Assembly (NCBI GenBank): GCA_964355135.1
Contig: CAYHCG010000001.1
Coordinates: forward strand, 18,138-82,137
Length of the DNA: 64,000 bases
Reading direction: 5' to 3'
Origin: Candidatus Woesearchaeota archaeon
Lineage (GTDB): Archaea; Nanobdellota; Nanobdellia; Pacearchaeales; GW2011-AR1
The notes beneath the pieces were generated by a model. That model saw nothing but the letters and a program-made list of their open reading frames with translations. It was not told where the DNA came from and ran no database searches. Positions 1 through 8,534 of the stretch are shown piece after piece. The position numbers and the translations under genes were made by a program. Each line of letters opens with the position of its first letter. Position 1 is the stretch's first letter.

Positions 1-1
1 T

Positions 2-583
2 TTAGGAGATAGAGCAGATAATCTTTGTTTGCCCATGTATACATTGCTAAAGACTTATATGAGGGTAGGGAATGAAACTTATTATAAGATGAACGGCCAT
101 GCCGGACTAACGACTTTGAAGAAAAAAGACTTGATGATAAAAGGGAATAATGTTATCTTTACTTATATCTCAAAAAAAGGAGTGCCTATGACTATTAAGC
201 AGGAATTTCCTTCTGTTTATGTAAGCAGACTAAAGAAAGGAATTAATGGGCTGAAAAATAATGATTTTATCTTTTCAGATATACATGGAAAGCCACTACG
301 GGATACTGAATTTATGGGGGCTTTTGAGAGATATTGTGGGAAGAGATTTTATCCACATATAGTTAGATCTTATTATGCAACCCAAAAAGCAAAAGAATTT
401 CTGAAGCGTAAGAGGCATGCGACTAAGGAAGAAGTGAAAGAACTATACATGGGAATTGCTGAAAAATTAGGTCATAAGAAGTTTGATAAGAAAAATAACG
501 AATGGAAGAATGATTATAATGTTACGATTCATTATTATCTTCGGCCTGAGTTAGTTGAGAAGATAAACGAGATTGTTAAATAA
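2..583 (+). CDS. DNA topoisomerase IB, C-terminal catalytic part (5' end outside window)
   Basis: The frame is open from nt 2, with no stop upstream of the listed TTG at 29. Blocks RVGNETYY..GHAGLTTLKKKDL, FYPHIVRSYYAT, LGH and C-terminal IHYYLRPELV match the catalytic Arg/Lys/Arg/His/Tyr blocks of poxvirus/bacterial-type TopIB. Confidence 0.7.
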   Translation, partial: LGDRADNLCLPMYTLLKTYMRVGNETYYKMNGHAGLTTLKKKDLMIKGNNVIFTYISKKGVPMTIKQEFPSVYVSRLKKGINGLKNNDFIFSDIHGKPLRDTEFMGAFERYCGKRFYPHIVRSYYATQKAKEFLKRKRHATKEEVKELYMGIAEKLGHKKFDKKNNEWKNDYNVTIHYYLRPELVEKINEIVK

Positions 584-647
584 ACCCTTGCCCTTACATT
601 TTAACTAAAAAGACAATATTTATATACTTTGTAATGGTAAACTCATT

Positions 648-1502
648 ATGAGAATTATTAAAAGAAAAAAAGGCAATAAAGATTATCACTATCTGCAGCA
701 TTCATTTAGAAAAGAAGGCAAAGTAGTAACCAAAGAGAAATATCTAGGAGTAGAAATACCTAACAATGTGAAAGAAATTGAGGGTCTATTTAGGAATGAA
801 ATTAATAATGAGCTTTATCATAAATTAGAGAGGATTAAGAAAAATTTTGCGGAAGAGTGGAAGAGACTTCCACAAAGCGCAAAAGAAAGGGAAAAAGAAG
901 AAATTGCAATTGCTTTCACTTATAATACCAATGCGATTGAGGGATCTACTATAACTTTACAAGAAGCAAGAGAAATAATTCAAGACAATATTTCACCTAA
1001 TAAGTCTTTAAGAGATGTAAAAGAAACTGAATATCACAGCAAAGTATTTTTACACATGCTTAATAAAAAAGAAGCTATGGCAGAAAACTTACTATTGCAA
1101 TGGCATAGAGAAATATTTGGTGAGACCAAAGCAGATATAGCGGGAAAATACAGAGATTATCTTGTGAGAGTTGGTTCATATTTAGCACCTGACTGGCAAG
1201 AAATTGAAAAAATGATGAAAATGTTGATAGATTTTATTAATAAAAATAAGAAAATGAATGCAGTTGAGCTATCTGCGAGAGCGCACTATAAATTTGAAAA
1301 AATTCATCCTTTTGGAGATGGAAATGGGAGGATTGGTAGATTATTAATGAATCATATTTTATGGCATGGCGGGTATCCTATGCTTATTATAGAATACAAA
1401 AAGAGAAGATCTTATTATAAAGCACTACAAAGAGATGAAGAAGGTTTTTTGGTTTATTTTATGGGAAGATATTTAGCAGTACATAAGAGGAGAATGAAGT
1501 AA
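648..1502 (+). CDS. Fic/DOC family protein (AMPylase-type)
   Basis: Canonical Fic motif HPFGDGNGRIGR (HxFx[D/E]GNGRxxR) in the C-terminal half. Confidence 0.9.
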   Translation: MRIIKRKKGNKDYHYLQHSFRKEGKVVTKEKYLGVEIPNNVKEIEGLFRNEINNELYHKLERIKKNFAEEWKRLPQSAKEREKEEIAIAFTYNTNAIEGSTITLQEAREIIQDNISPNKSLRDVKETEYHSKVFLHMLNKKEAMAENLLLQWHREIFGETKADIAGKYRDYLVRVGSYLAPDWQEIEKMMKMLIDFINKNKKMNAVELSARAHYKFEKIHPFGDGNGRIGRLLMNHILWHGGYPMLIIEYKKRRSYYKALQRDEEGFLVYFMGRYLAVHKRRMK

Positions 1503-1503
1503 A

Positions 1504-2265
1504 ATGAGTAAGGAATTTATAAAGAACAGGAAAGGGCAGAAAGTTGCTGTTTTGATTGAACAGAACAAGAATTCTAAGGGCCTGGTCTTCATTATGCATG
1601 GGTTAAGCGGATATAAGGAACAGCCGCATATCGAAGTGATGGCGGAAGCCTTTAAGGGAAATGGTTATACTACTGTTAGATTTGATACCACAAATAGCTT
1701 TGGAGAGAGCGATGGCCAGTATGAAGATGCTACAACAACTAATTATTATGAAGATTTAGAAGATCTAATAGCGTGGAGTAGCAAGCAAACTTGGTACGAA
1801 GAACCCTTCGTACTTGTGGGGCATAGTTCAGGCAGCATGTGTATTTTACTCTATGCGGAAAAATATCCAAAAAAGATTAAAGCTCTGGCTCCAATTTCTT
1901 GTGCGATCAATGACAATTTGAAAGAAAAACTTTATACGGACGAATCATTAAAAGACTGGAGGGAAAAAGGCATAAAGGAAAGTACAAGTTACTCTGGTAA
2001 ATTAAAGAGATTAAAGTGGAATTTCATGGTGGATGCCGCGAAACATGATCCTTTAGAAAAAGCAGACGTGATCACTATGCCGGTATTGCTCATAGTGGGA
2101 GAAAAGGATACTTCAACCCCACTAGAATACCAAAAAGAGGTAAAGAGGGCGGTAAAAGGAGAAGTAGAGTTACATATCATCAAAGGCGCAGAACATACTT
2201 TTAGAGAGAAAAACGAATTAATTGAACTAGAAAATATTATTGATAAATGGATAAAGAAAATATGA
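1504..2265 (+). CDS. alpha/beta hydrolase
   Basis: FIMHGLSG oxyanion region, nucleophile elbow GHSSGS and C-terminal GAEH. The gene starts 2 nt after the Fic stop. Confidence 0.75.
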   Translation: MSKEFIKNRKGQKVAVLIEQNKNSKGLVFIMHGLSGYKEQPHIEVMAEAFKGNGYTTVRFDTTNSFGESDGQYEDATTTNYYEDLEDLIAWSSKQTWYEEPFVLVGHSSGSMCILLYAEKYPKKIKALAPISCAINDNLKEKLYTDESLKDWREKGIKESTSYSGKLKRLKWNFMVDAAKHDPLEKADVITMPVLLIVGEKDTSTPLEYQKEVKRAVKGEVELHIIKGAEHTFREKNELIELENIIDKWIKKI

Positions 2266-2314
2266 ATTATCGTATAACCAATATATTTAAATAGAATTGA
2301 TAGTTTTAGAGGAT

Positions 2315-2956
2315 ATGAAAATAGGAATATTGGGTTCTGGGGCTGTTGCTCAATCATTGGGAAAAGGATTTGTAAAACATGGTTATGAAGTTAAGCTTGG
2401 AACTAGAGATAAGGGAAAATTAGGCGAGTGGCTTAAAGAAACTGGTTCTAAGGCGAGCGTTGGAAGTCTTGAAGAAGCGGCCACTTTTGGAGAGCTGATT
2501 GTTTTAGCTGTTAAGGGAAGTGTGGCTAAAGATGTTTTAAGAGGAGTTAGCAAGCACATTGAGGGGAAGATTGTTATTGACACTACTAATCCTATTGCAG
2601 ATGTGCCTCCTGTTAATGGAATATTAAAGTTTTCTACTAGTCTGGATAGTTCATTAATGGAACACTTACAAAAAGATCATCCTAGGGCTCGCTTTGTCAA
2701 GGCATTTAATAGCATCGGGAGTGCACATATGGTTAACCCTGAATTTGAGGATGGAAAGCCTAGTATGTTTATTTGCGGAAACGATGATAATGCGAAGAAA
2801 GAAGTAAGCAAAATTTTAAATTTATTTGGCTTTGTTGTTGAAGATATGGGCAAGGTTGAAGCTGCAAGAGCCATTGAGCCATTGTGTATATTATGGTGCA
2901 TTCCCGGATTTTTAAGAAACGAATGGAATCATGCATTTAAATTATTGAAGAAATAA
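2315..2956 (+). CDS. NADP-dependent oxidoreductase (NADPH-dependent F420 reductase / ProC-like Rossmann family)
   Basis: N-terminal dinucleotide fold MKIGILGSGAVAQSLG. The listed start at 2297 is TTG; ATG 2315 is preceded by GAGG. Confidence 0.7.
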   Translation: MKIGILGSGAVAQSLGKGFVKHGYEVKLGTRDKGKLGEWLKETGSKASVGSLEEAATFGELIVLAVKGSVAKDVLRGVSKHIEGKIVIDTTNPIADVPPVNGILKFSTSLDSSLMEHLQKDHPRARFVKAFNSIGSAHMVNPEFEDGKPSMFICGNDDNAKKEVSKILNLFGFVVEDMGKVEAARAIEPLCILWCIPGFLRNEWNHAFKLLKK

Positions 2957-3094
2957 TTATTTTTTATTAAGAAATCTCCATCCTAATGAAGAGAAAATGG
3001 CTGCGAGAATTATGAATTTCCAATCTACTGTAAAAGTTAGGATAACACAAATTAGTCCTAATAAAGCGGAAAAGAAGGCTTTTGGGTTTTTCAT
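2957..3094 (-). CDS. possible small membrane protein (45 aa), not in ORF track
   Basis: My translation is MKNPKAFFSALLGLICVILTFTVDWKFIILAAIFSSLGWRFLNKK, hydrophobic with a basic C-terminus. It lies downstream of, and co-oriented with, the 3133..4038 hydrolase. There is no homology support. Confidence 0.25.
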   Translation of the reverse strand: MKNPKAFFSALLGLICVILTFTVDWKFIILAAIFSSLGWRFLNKK

Positions 3095-3132
3095 AAGCTT
3101 GGATTGACTTGATTGTTTAAAAGACTTATCTT

Positions 3133-4038
3133 TTAACTTTCAAATATTAATTGTAATGCTTCTTTAAGAGGACCTTGCATACTATTACAATATCCATGGG
3201 AGCAGTCATCAATGAGATAGATCTTCTTTGGCTCTTGCGCTAGTTGTAGTGTGGCTTGCGCGCTTGCAGGTGTTATTAATGTATCATTATTGCTGTGAAT
3301 CATAATTAGATATCTTGGAGAGATTTTATCCACATAATGGTCCGGATCTATTGAAATAAGGTATGGAGTATAAGGTTGAACTTCATCTTTTGTGTGGAAA
3401 CCTGAGCTACTGATTGAAATTGCCCCCTTTATTCTACTGTCTAAAGCAGCTGCGATCATAGCGTATCTGCCGCCCATGCTTTCTCCTGCAACTGCTATGT
3501 TATTTTTATCAATGCCATCTATCTTTCTTAAAATGTCAAATGACTTAAGAGCATCAAAAACAGATAAGTGCTGAGTTGGTTCTAATCCTTGCGCAGATGC
3601 TCCATAATCTTGCTCTAGACTAAGGATGGTTCCGCCTGTTTGTCCTATTCCTCTTTGATCTATTATTAAGACTGCATATCCTTGCTCTGCGATAAATGCT
3701 CCTATTTTTGATCTACTTTCTTTACTGCCACCGCCTCCTGGCAAGAAAACTACTGCCGGGACATTTTCTTTTTTTGGCATAAATAATAAACCATGTATCA
3801 CTGTTTTTTCATCTATAAATGGGCGGCTTTCGAAGTTGATATTGTAAATGGAATAGGTACTATTTTCTTCCCTTAAGGAGATATTGTATTTAGCTGGCCC
3901 TCTGTATTTAGCGTAATTTAAAGTCTGGTCTGTAAATTGATAAGGGTCTTTGAGATAATTATTGTATATTACTACGAAAGCGATTATCAACACTGTAATA
4001 AGAATAATGCTCTTTATTATAGACTTCTTAATCTTCAT
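3133..4038 (-). CDS. membrane-anchored alpha/beta hydrolase (dienelactone hydrolase / S9-like)
   Basis: N-terminal TM helix, VVFLPGGGGS, nucleophile elbow GESMGG and C-terminal CSHGY. Confidence 0.7.
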   Translation of the reverse strand: MKIKKSIIKSIILITVLIIAFVVIYNNYLKDPYQFTDQTLNYAKYRGPAKYNISLREENSTYSIYNINFESRPFIDEKTVIHGLLFMPKKENVPAVVFLPGGGGSKESRSKIGAFIAEQGYAVLIIDQRGIGQTGGTILSLEQDYGASAQGLEPTQHLSVFDALKSFDILRKIDGIDKNNIAVAGESMGGRYAMIAAALDSRIKGAISISSSGFHTKDEVQPYTPYLISIDPDHYVDKISPRYLIMIHSNNDTLITPASAQATLQLAQEPKKIYLIDDCSHGYCNSMQGPLKEALQLIFES

Positions 4039-4115
4039 TTAAATGATGATTATAAAGGGTTTTTAAGTATTATGAAGTTGGAAAGATTTAATAATGTGAT
4101 TTTTTCTTTCTGATC

Positions 4116-4574
4116 ATGAACTCACGCTACTTTTTAAGTGGACTTCTTTCGTTATGTACTGCTCTGCCACTTGGATGTGTTAATCCCAAAGAAGCGACTT
4201 ATGCTCCTCCTAGGCAACTTCCGGTAATTATCGGAATGGAGAAAATACCTCAAAAACTTGAGAATGCCCCAATCAGAATTGAAGATAGAAAGGAAACGGT
4301 TTATTGCGAACAAAATGGGGAACCTCGCGGGATAATGATAGAACGTGACAATGGTCGTCACGTTTTTTATATCGTCTCTTCTTTTTCTCAAAAAGTAAAT
4401 TTAGTTGCATTGGCTGGCCAGAACGAAGATATTACCTATTATGATCGTTCCATAGGCCATTATAGCGTATTCTTTAAAAATATTGATGCCGAAGTTATGG
4501 GCTATTTAGGAGAATTAAGAGAGAGGGGAATAGAATGCAATATTTTTGGAGAGCGGAAGACTACTAATCGTTAA
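4116..4574 (+). CDS. hypothetical lipoprotein-like protein
   Basis: Signal peptide with lipobox-like LPLGC. No recognisable domain. Confidence 0.45.
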   Translation: MNSRYFLSGLLSLCTALPLGCVNPKEATYAPPRQLPVIIGMEKIPQKLENAPIRIEDRKETVYCEQNGEPRGIMIERDNGRHVFYIVSSFSQKVNLVALAGQNEDITYYDRSIGHYSVFFKNIDAEVMGYLGELRERGIECNIFGERKTTNR

Positions 4575-5621
4575 CTATTCTTCAGAGCTTTCGTCATAAT
4601 AGATATTTACAAGACTTCTGGAAAGTAATTCTTCATAGTATACTTTGTAGTCTTCTTGAGCTTTTTGTGCTATAAGGGCTCCTTTTATTTGGTCTTTAAC
4701 TTCATTGTAGGACGATGTTTTTGCAGGAGTTTTCTTAACTATGTATATTATGTGAGAACCAAATTGAGTTTGGACTATGCCTATCTTTCCTGCTGGCTGG
4801 GAGAATGAAAACTCTTTGAATTCAGGCACAAATGAATCGGCCTTGGTGAAATTATATTCTCCACATGCTGATACTGAAGCGGTATCTGTAGAATGCTCTG
4901 TTACATACTCGCAAAAACTATTTTTAGTTATGTTTTTGAGAAGCTCTTGAGCAGTAGTGTTTCTCTCTTCTGCGGAAAGTTCTGGATCGCCAATTAGGAT
5001 ATGCCTGACTGAAACTGATTCTTCAACTTTAAACTTGTCTTTATTCTCATCGTAGTATTCTTTTACTTCTTTATCTGTAACATTGACCTTGCTTGTTATT
5101 GTCTGGTTTAAGAACATTTGGGAGGTTGATTGTTTGATAAACTGAGTTTTTAATTCTTCTTCAGTTATATTTTGTTGCGCTAAGGCTTGCTGGAATTGTT
5201 CTTCTGTAAGTTGATTTGCAAATTTAAGTGTTTGAATATATTGTTCTGCTTGCGCGTTATCAACTACCGTCCCTTCTTTTTTTGCTTCCTGATAGATTAG
5301 ACGTGCTTCTATCATTTGACTTAACAGTTCTTTTTTAGATGTTGTAGCTTTATACTGCGGAGGCAAAGAACTGTAGGTTTTGTCTAATTCGGACAGTCTT
5401 ATTTCCTCTCCGTTTACCGATGCGGCAATAGTATTCTCTTCTGTTGTGGTTTGTGGGGAGTATTTGTTATAGACAAAAACTATTACTAAGATGAGAATTA
5501 CTGCAATTATCGCATAAGTAAGATAATTTTTATTTGTAGTAGATTTATGAGTTTGATGAACAGGTGCTGTGTTTTCAACCTTATCTGACTTCTCTACTTT
5601 TTTTACCTTTTTATCTACCAT
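4575..5621 (-). CDS. membrane-anchored parvulin-type peptidyl-prolyl isomerase (PrsA/SurA-like)
   Basis: N-terminal TM helix, a SurA-like helical region, then the PpiC/rotamase signature VRHILIG ... FGSHIIYIVKK. Confidence 0.8.
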   Translation of the reverse strand: MVDKKVKKVEKSDKVENTAPVHQTHKSTTNKNYLTYAIIAVILILVIVFVYNKYSPQTTTEENTIAASVNGEEIRLSELDKTYSSLPPQYKATTSKKELLSQMIEARLIYQEAKKEGTVVDNAQAEQYIQTLKFANQLTEEQFQQALAQQNITEEELKTQFIKQSTSQMFLNQTITSKVNVTDKEVKEYYDENKDKFKVEESVSVRHILIGDPELSAEERNTTAQELLKNITKNSFCEYVTEHSTDTASVSACGEYNFTKADSFVPEFKEFSFSQPAGKIGIVQTQFGSHIIYIVKKTPAKTSSYNEVKDQIKGALIAQKAQEDYKVYYEELLSRSLVNIYYDESSEE

Positions 5622-5734
5622 TATAAAACACGAAAACTAAGGGTTATATAAATGTTTTGAAGGCTAAATCCATTTCTTGTTTAAACTGGCATTACTATAA
5701 TAAAAGCTATAAACTCTAGGAAAAAGATACTTAC

Positions 5735-6193
5735 ATGACTGATCAATTTGGAGAAAAAATAGTAAGTCGTCCTTCGACATTTAAGTTATTAAAGGAAGTT
5801 AGCCGGCCTAGCTATATAGACGAGAAGAGTATTGAGGGCAAAGTTCTTTTTGGCATTGAAAAAAGTGATAAAATAAGAGTAATGAATCCTCTGCTTTTAG
5901 TGCCTAGAAACATAGAAGTCTATCAGATGGTTGGAAATTATGGAGACAAAGGATTATTATTTTTTGCACGCAGAGAAGCCCATCATAGTGGTTATGCTTT
6001 TTTAGTTGTGCCTACTATTCGTGGATTTACTGGGGAAACTTATTCTAATGTGTGTCCTCTCCTTAGTTACCCTTGGTTTGATGTGAATGCTAGCTGCACC
6101 ATATGGGAGAATATAGTAAATAAAAGAAAGACAAAGGTGGCGCAGAGAGGTTTAGCAAGAAAGAATACGCCTCATCCTCTGGCTCAAAATTAA
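5735..6193 (+). CDS. hypothetical protein
   Basis: Clean ORF with ATG start. No recognisable motif. Confidence 0.45.
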   Translation: MTDQFGEKIVSRPSTFKLLKEVSRPSYIDEKSIEGKVLFGIEKSDKIRVMNPLLLVPRNIEVYQMVGNYGDKGLLFFARREAHHSGYAFLVVPTIRGFTGETYSNVCPLLSYPWFDVNASCTIWENIVNKRKTKVAQRGLARKNTPHPLAQN

Positions 6194-6299
6194 AAAAGAA
6201 GGAAATGCCGTACTTCAATACCTGGAGAGTCATGTCGGAAACCATCCTCTTAAGATTTCATCTTAATAATCTTTAAGTATTTGAAAAGTTTGTAATATC

Positions 6300-7451
6300 A
6301 TGCATAAAGAAGTAACAAAAGAGGAAAAAGAACCGCAAAGCGGAAAGGTGAGATTCATTATAATTAATTTTATGAGATTAATTCTCTTAGCTACTTTTAT
6401 AGGAGGTATTTATTATCAAAGAAATCTTGTTTTGACGGTTTCTATAATCGCGTTTATTTTCACTTTTCTACCTCAGCTATTTGAGAGATTCTTTAATATA
6501 AAATTACCTGCAGAATTAGAGGTTTTAATGATATTTTTTATTTATGGCCTGCTCTATTTTGGTAAGATAAAAGGATTTTATTCTGAATTCTGGCTAGTAG
6601 ACATATTAGTAAACCTGCTTAGCGCATCCGTATTAGGTTTTGTTGGATTAACTATCATGTATTCTTTGTATAAGGATAATAAACTAAATGCGAGCCCATT
6701 TTTTGTGGCTTTCTTTGCGTTTTTGTTTGCTGTTGCAATAGGGTCATTAGCGGAAGTCGTGGAGTTTACCCTGGATAACCTGCTTGGGTTTAATTTGCAG
6801 AAATCTGTAGTTGAAACAATGAAAGATATGATTGTTAATCTTGCGGGAGCTTTCATTGTATCTTCTTTAGGTTATAAACACATGAAAGAGGGCAAGTCAA
6901 TCTTGATTAGCAAATATGTTTCTGGATTCATTGACAGAAACTCGAAGGCTACTAAAAACAATGATGAAAACTCTGCAGGAGAAGTAATTCAATTAGTAAA
7001 GAAAGGAGAGGGGAATACCTTGGAGTTTAAATCCACATTACGAAAGAACCTGCATACCAATGAATATGATAAAAAGATCGAACATGCCACATTGAAGACG
7101 GTGGTCGCTTATCTCAATTCAGATGGGGGAACTTTATTAGTGGGAGTTTCTGATAAAGGAGAAATCACAGGCTTACATCATGATGAGTTTGTAGACAAAG
7201 ATAAATTAAATCTTTACTTTACTAATCTTATCAAGCAACATATTGGTTCAGAATATCTTCCTTTTATCAAGTATGATATCTATCATATTGGGGGAAAAGA
7301 AATACTCAAAGTAGATTGTAAGGCTAGTAATAAGCATGTATTTTTAAAGCATCAAGGGGAAGAGGAATTTTATGTAAGAAATGGAGCTTCCAGCGCTAAA
7401 CTTGCCGGAAATTCCCTAATTGAATACATAAACAATAAATTTAGCAAGTGA
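6300..7451 (+). CDS. polytopic membrane domain fused to AlbA_2 / Schlafen-like (divergent AAA) domain
   Basis: About 200 aa of multi-TM region with YjdF/DUF2238-like LAEVVEFTLDNLLG..DMIVNLAGA. The C-terminal part, GEGNTLEFKSTL...VVAYLNSDGGTLLVGVSDKGEITGL, is typical of the AlbA_2 domain. Confidence 0.65.
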   Translation: MHKEVTKEEKEPQSGKVRFIIINFMRLILLATFIGGIYYQRNLVLTVSIIAFIFTFLPQLFERFFNIKLPAELEVLMIFFIYGLLYFGKIKGFYSEFWLVDILVNLLSASVLGFVGLTIMYSLYKDNKLNASPFFVAFFAFLFAVAIGSLAEVVEFTLDNLLGFNLQKSVVETMKDMIVNLAGAFIVSSLGYKHMKEGKSILISKYVSGFIDRNSKATKNNDENSAGEVIQLVKKGEGNTLEFKSTLRKNLHTNEYDKKIEHATLKTVVAYLNSDGGTLLVGVSDKGEITGLHHDEFVDKDKLNLYFTNLIKQHIGSEYLPFIKYDIYHIGGKEILKVDCKASNKHVFLKHQGEEEFYVRNGASSAKLAGNSLIEYINNKFSK

Positions 7452-7503
7452 AGTCGAATAAATAATGCGAAAATTTATAAATAAAAGGGATTAATGGGCT
7501 ATA

Positions 7504-8343
7504 ATGGTAAAAACTATGATTGCTTTGTTTTCATGCATGTTAATATTGATGTTTTCTTTAAATGTATTTGCTCAGAGTAGCAACTATGATGTTAATTACA
7601 GAGGAAATAGCGATGCTACCGTAACTACGAATGTTGTGACTACAGGCTCGGGGGAAGTTGAAAGTGATTCAAATGCTGAAATAGAAAGTGATGTTGATGC
7701 GGAAACTTCCGGCAATACAGGAAGTAATACTTTTCTTGGAATAGATACTGATCTAGAGATTGAAGAGAGGGCAGATGCTTCATCAAATGCTAGAGTAAAG
7801 CTTGCAAATGGCGAACAAAGAGAAATTGTGGTTATGCCTGATGAGGCAGTTAGATTAATTGGAGAGAGTTCAGCGGGTGGAGAAGCTCAAGTCAGACTTA
7901 CAGAAGAAAATAATAAAGTAGTTTATACTGTTGAAAGCAAGAAGGATGCTAGAATGCTTGGAATTTTCAAGACAAAAGCTAAAGTTGTAACCGTGATAGA
8001 TGCTGAAACAGGCGAAGTTATTTCTCAGAAAAAACCTTGGTGGGCTGTTTTAATTTCATCTAAGGGAAATGTAACAACCTCAAATAATGGAACTAGACTG
8101 AATGTGACTATGAATATTACGAGCAATAATACTTCTAGAGATGATAAAATAACTCTTTGTCATGTTTCCGGAGGAAACACTACCCAGACTCTTACTGTAT
8201 CAAATTCTTCACTACGAGCTCACTTGAGTCATGGTGATTATTTAGGAACTTGTATAAGGACTAATCAAACTGGGAATGTTACAGTTAATTCAACCGTGAC
8301 TGCAAATGTGACTGCTGGCCTGGATCTTGACATTGGTTTATAG
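7504..8343 (+). CDS. secreted protein with PepSY-like module and C-terminal CH..AHLxHGDYLGxC motif (paralog 1)
   Basis: Signal peptide. VVYTVESKKDARMLGIFKTKAKVVTVIDAETGEVISQKKPWWAVLIS aligns with the paralog at 8535. Also carries ITLCHVSGG..LRAHLSHGDYLGTC. Confidence 0.6.
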   Translation: MVKTMIALFSCMLILMFSLNVFAQSSNYDVNYRGNSDATVTTNVVTTGSGEVESDSNAEIESDVDAETSGNTGSNTFLGIDTDLEIEERADASSNARVKLANGEQREIVVMPDEAVRLIGESSAGGEAQVRLTEENNKVVYTVESKKDARMLGIFKTKAKVVTVIDAETGEVISQKKPWWAVLISSKGNVTTSNNGTRLNVTMNITSNNTSRDDKITLCHVSGGNTTQTLTVSNSSLRAHLSHGDYLGTCIRTNQTGNVTVNSTVTANVTAGLDLDIGL

Positions 8344-8351
8344 AAATATTT

Positions 8352-8381
8352 CTTAGAAACCTTTAAATTTGGGTTTTTGCT
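8352..8381 (+). repeat. 30-nt repeat copy 1 (cttagaaacctttaaatttgggtttttgct)
   Basis: Same 30-mer, with one mismatch, as at 9724..9753. Both copies lie just after the stop codons of the two paralogs. Confidence 0.9.
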
Positions 8382-8497
8382 AATAACGCTTATGGAAATT
8401 ACCTTGCAAGAAATGTAGATTTTTTTGTAAATCCCGACAATGAAAGCAATAGCGGCTCGACAGTAAACTCAACGACAAATTTGGTTCTTGACATATA
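8382..8497 (+). pseudogene. start-less remnant of a third paralog C-terminus
   Basis: The open frame reads ..NNAYGNYLARNVDFFVNPDNESNSGSTVNSTTNLVLDI* with no start codon. It resembles the C-terminus of the 8535 gene (INNASVDNY...FVNGTN...TLDIFQ*). Confidence 0.4.
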
Positions 8498-8505
8498 GAG
8501 TAAGA

Positions 8506-8513
8506 TTTATAAG
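8506..8513 (+). promoter_or_regulatory. TATA-like box (tttataag) about 26 nt upstream of ATG 8535
   Basis: AT-rich octamer at the spacing expected for an archaeal TATA box on a leaderless transcript. The same spacing is seen at 9734, 41790 and 42291. Confidence 0.45.
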
Positions 8514-8534
8514 TATTCGAGTATCATTCTTGGC

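Noticed and set aside
29-31. Listed TTG/alternative starts at 29, 2297, 14066, 16287, 33172, 38696 and 42312.
   Set aside because: In each case a nearby in-frame ATG has a better SD or TATA context, or the ORF (at 29) simply continues off the window edge.
1989-2357. Numerous 60-170-aa antisense or nested ORFs in the track. Examples are 1989..2357, 2383..2583, 11201..11476, 19076..19741, 27651..28073, 30055..30350, 43172..43744, 47786..48276, 54108..54353 and 57010..57516.
   Set aside because: Each lies inside a longer ORF with clear family motifs on the other strand or in another frame, and shows low-complexity shadow-like composition.
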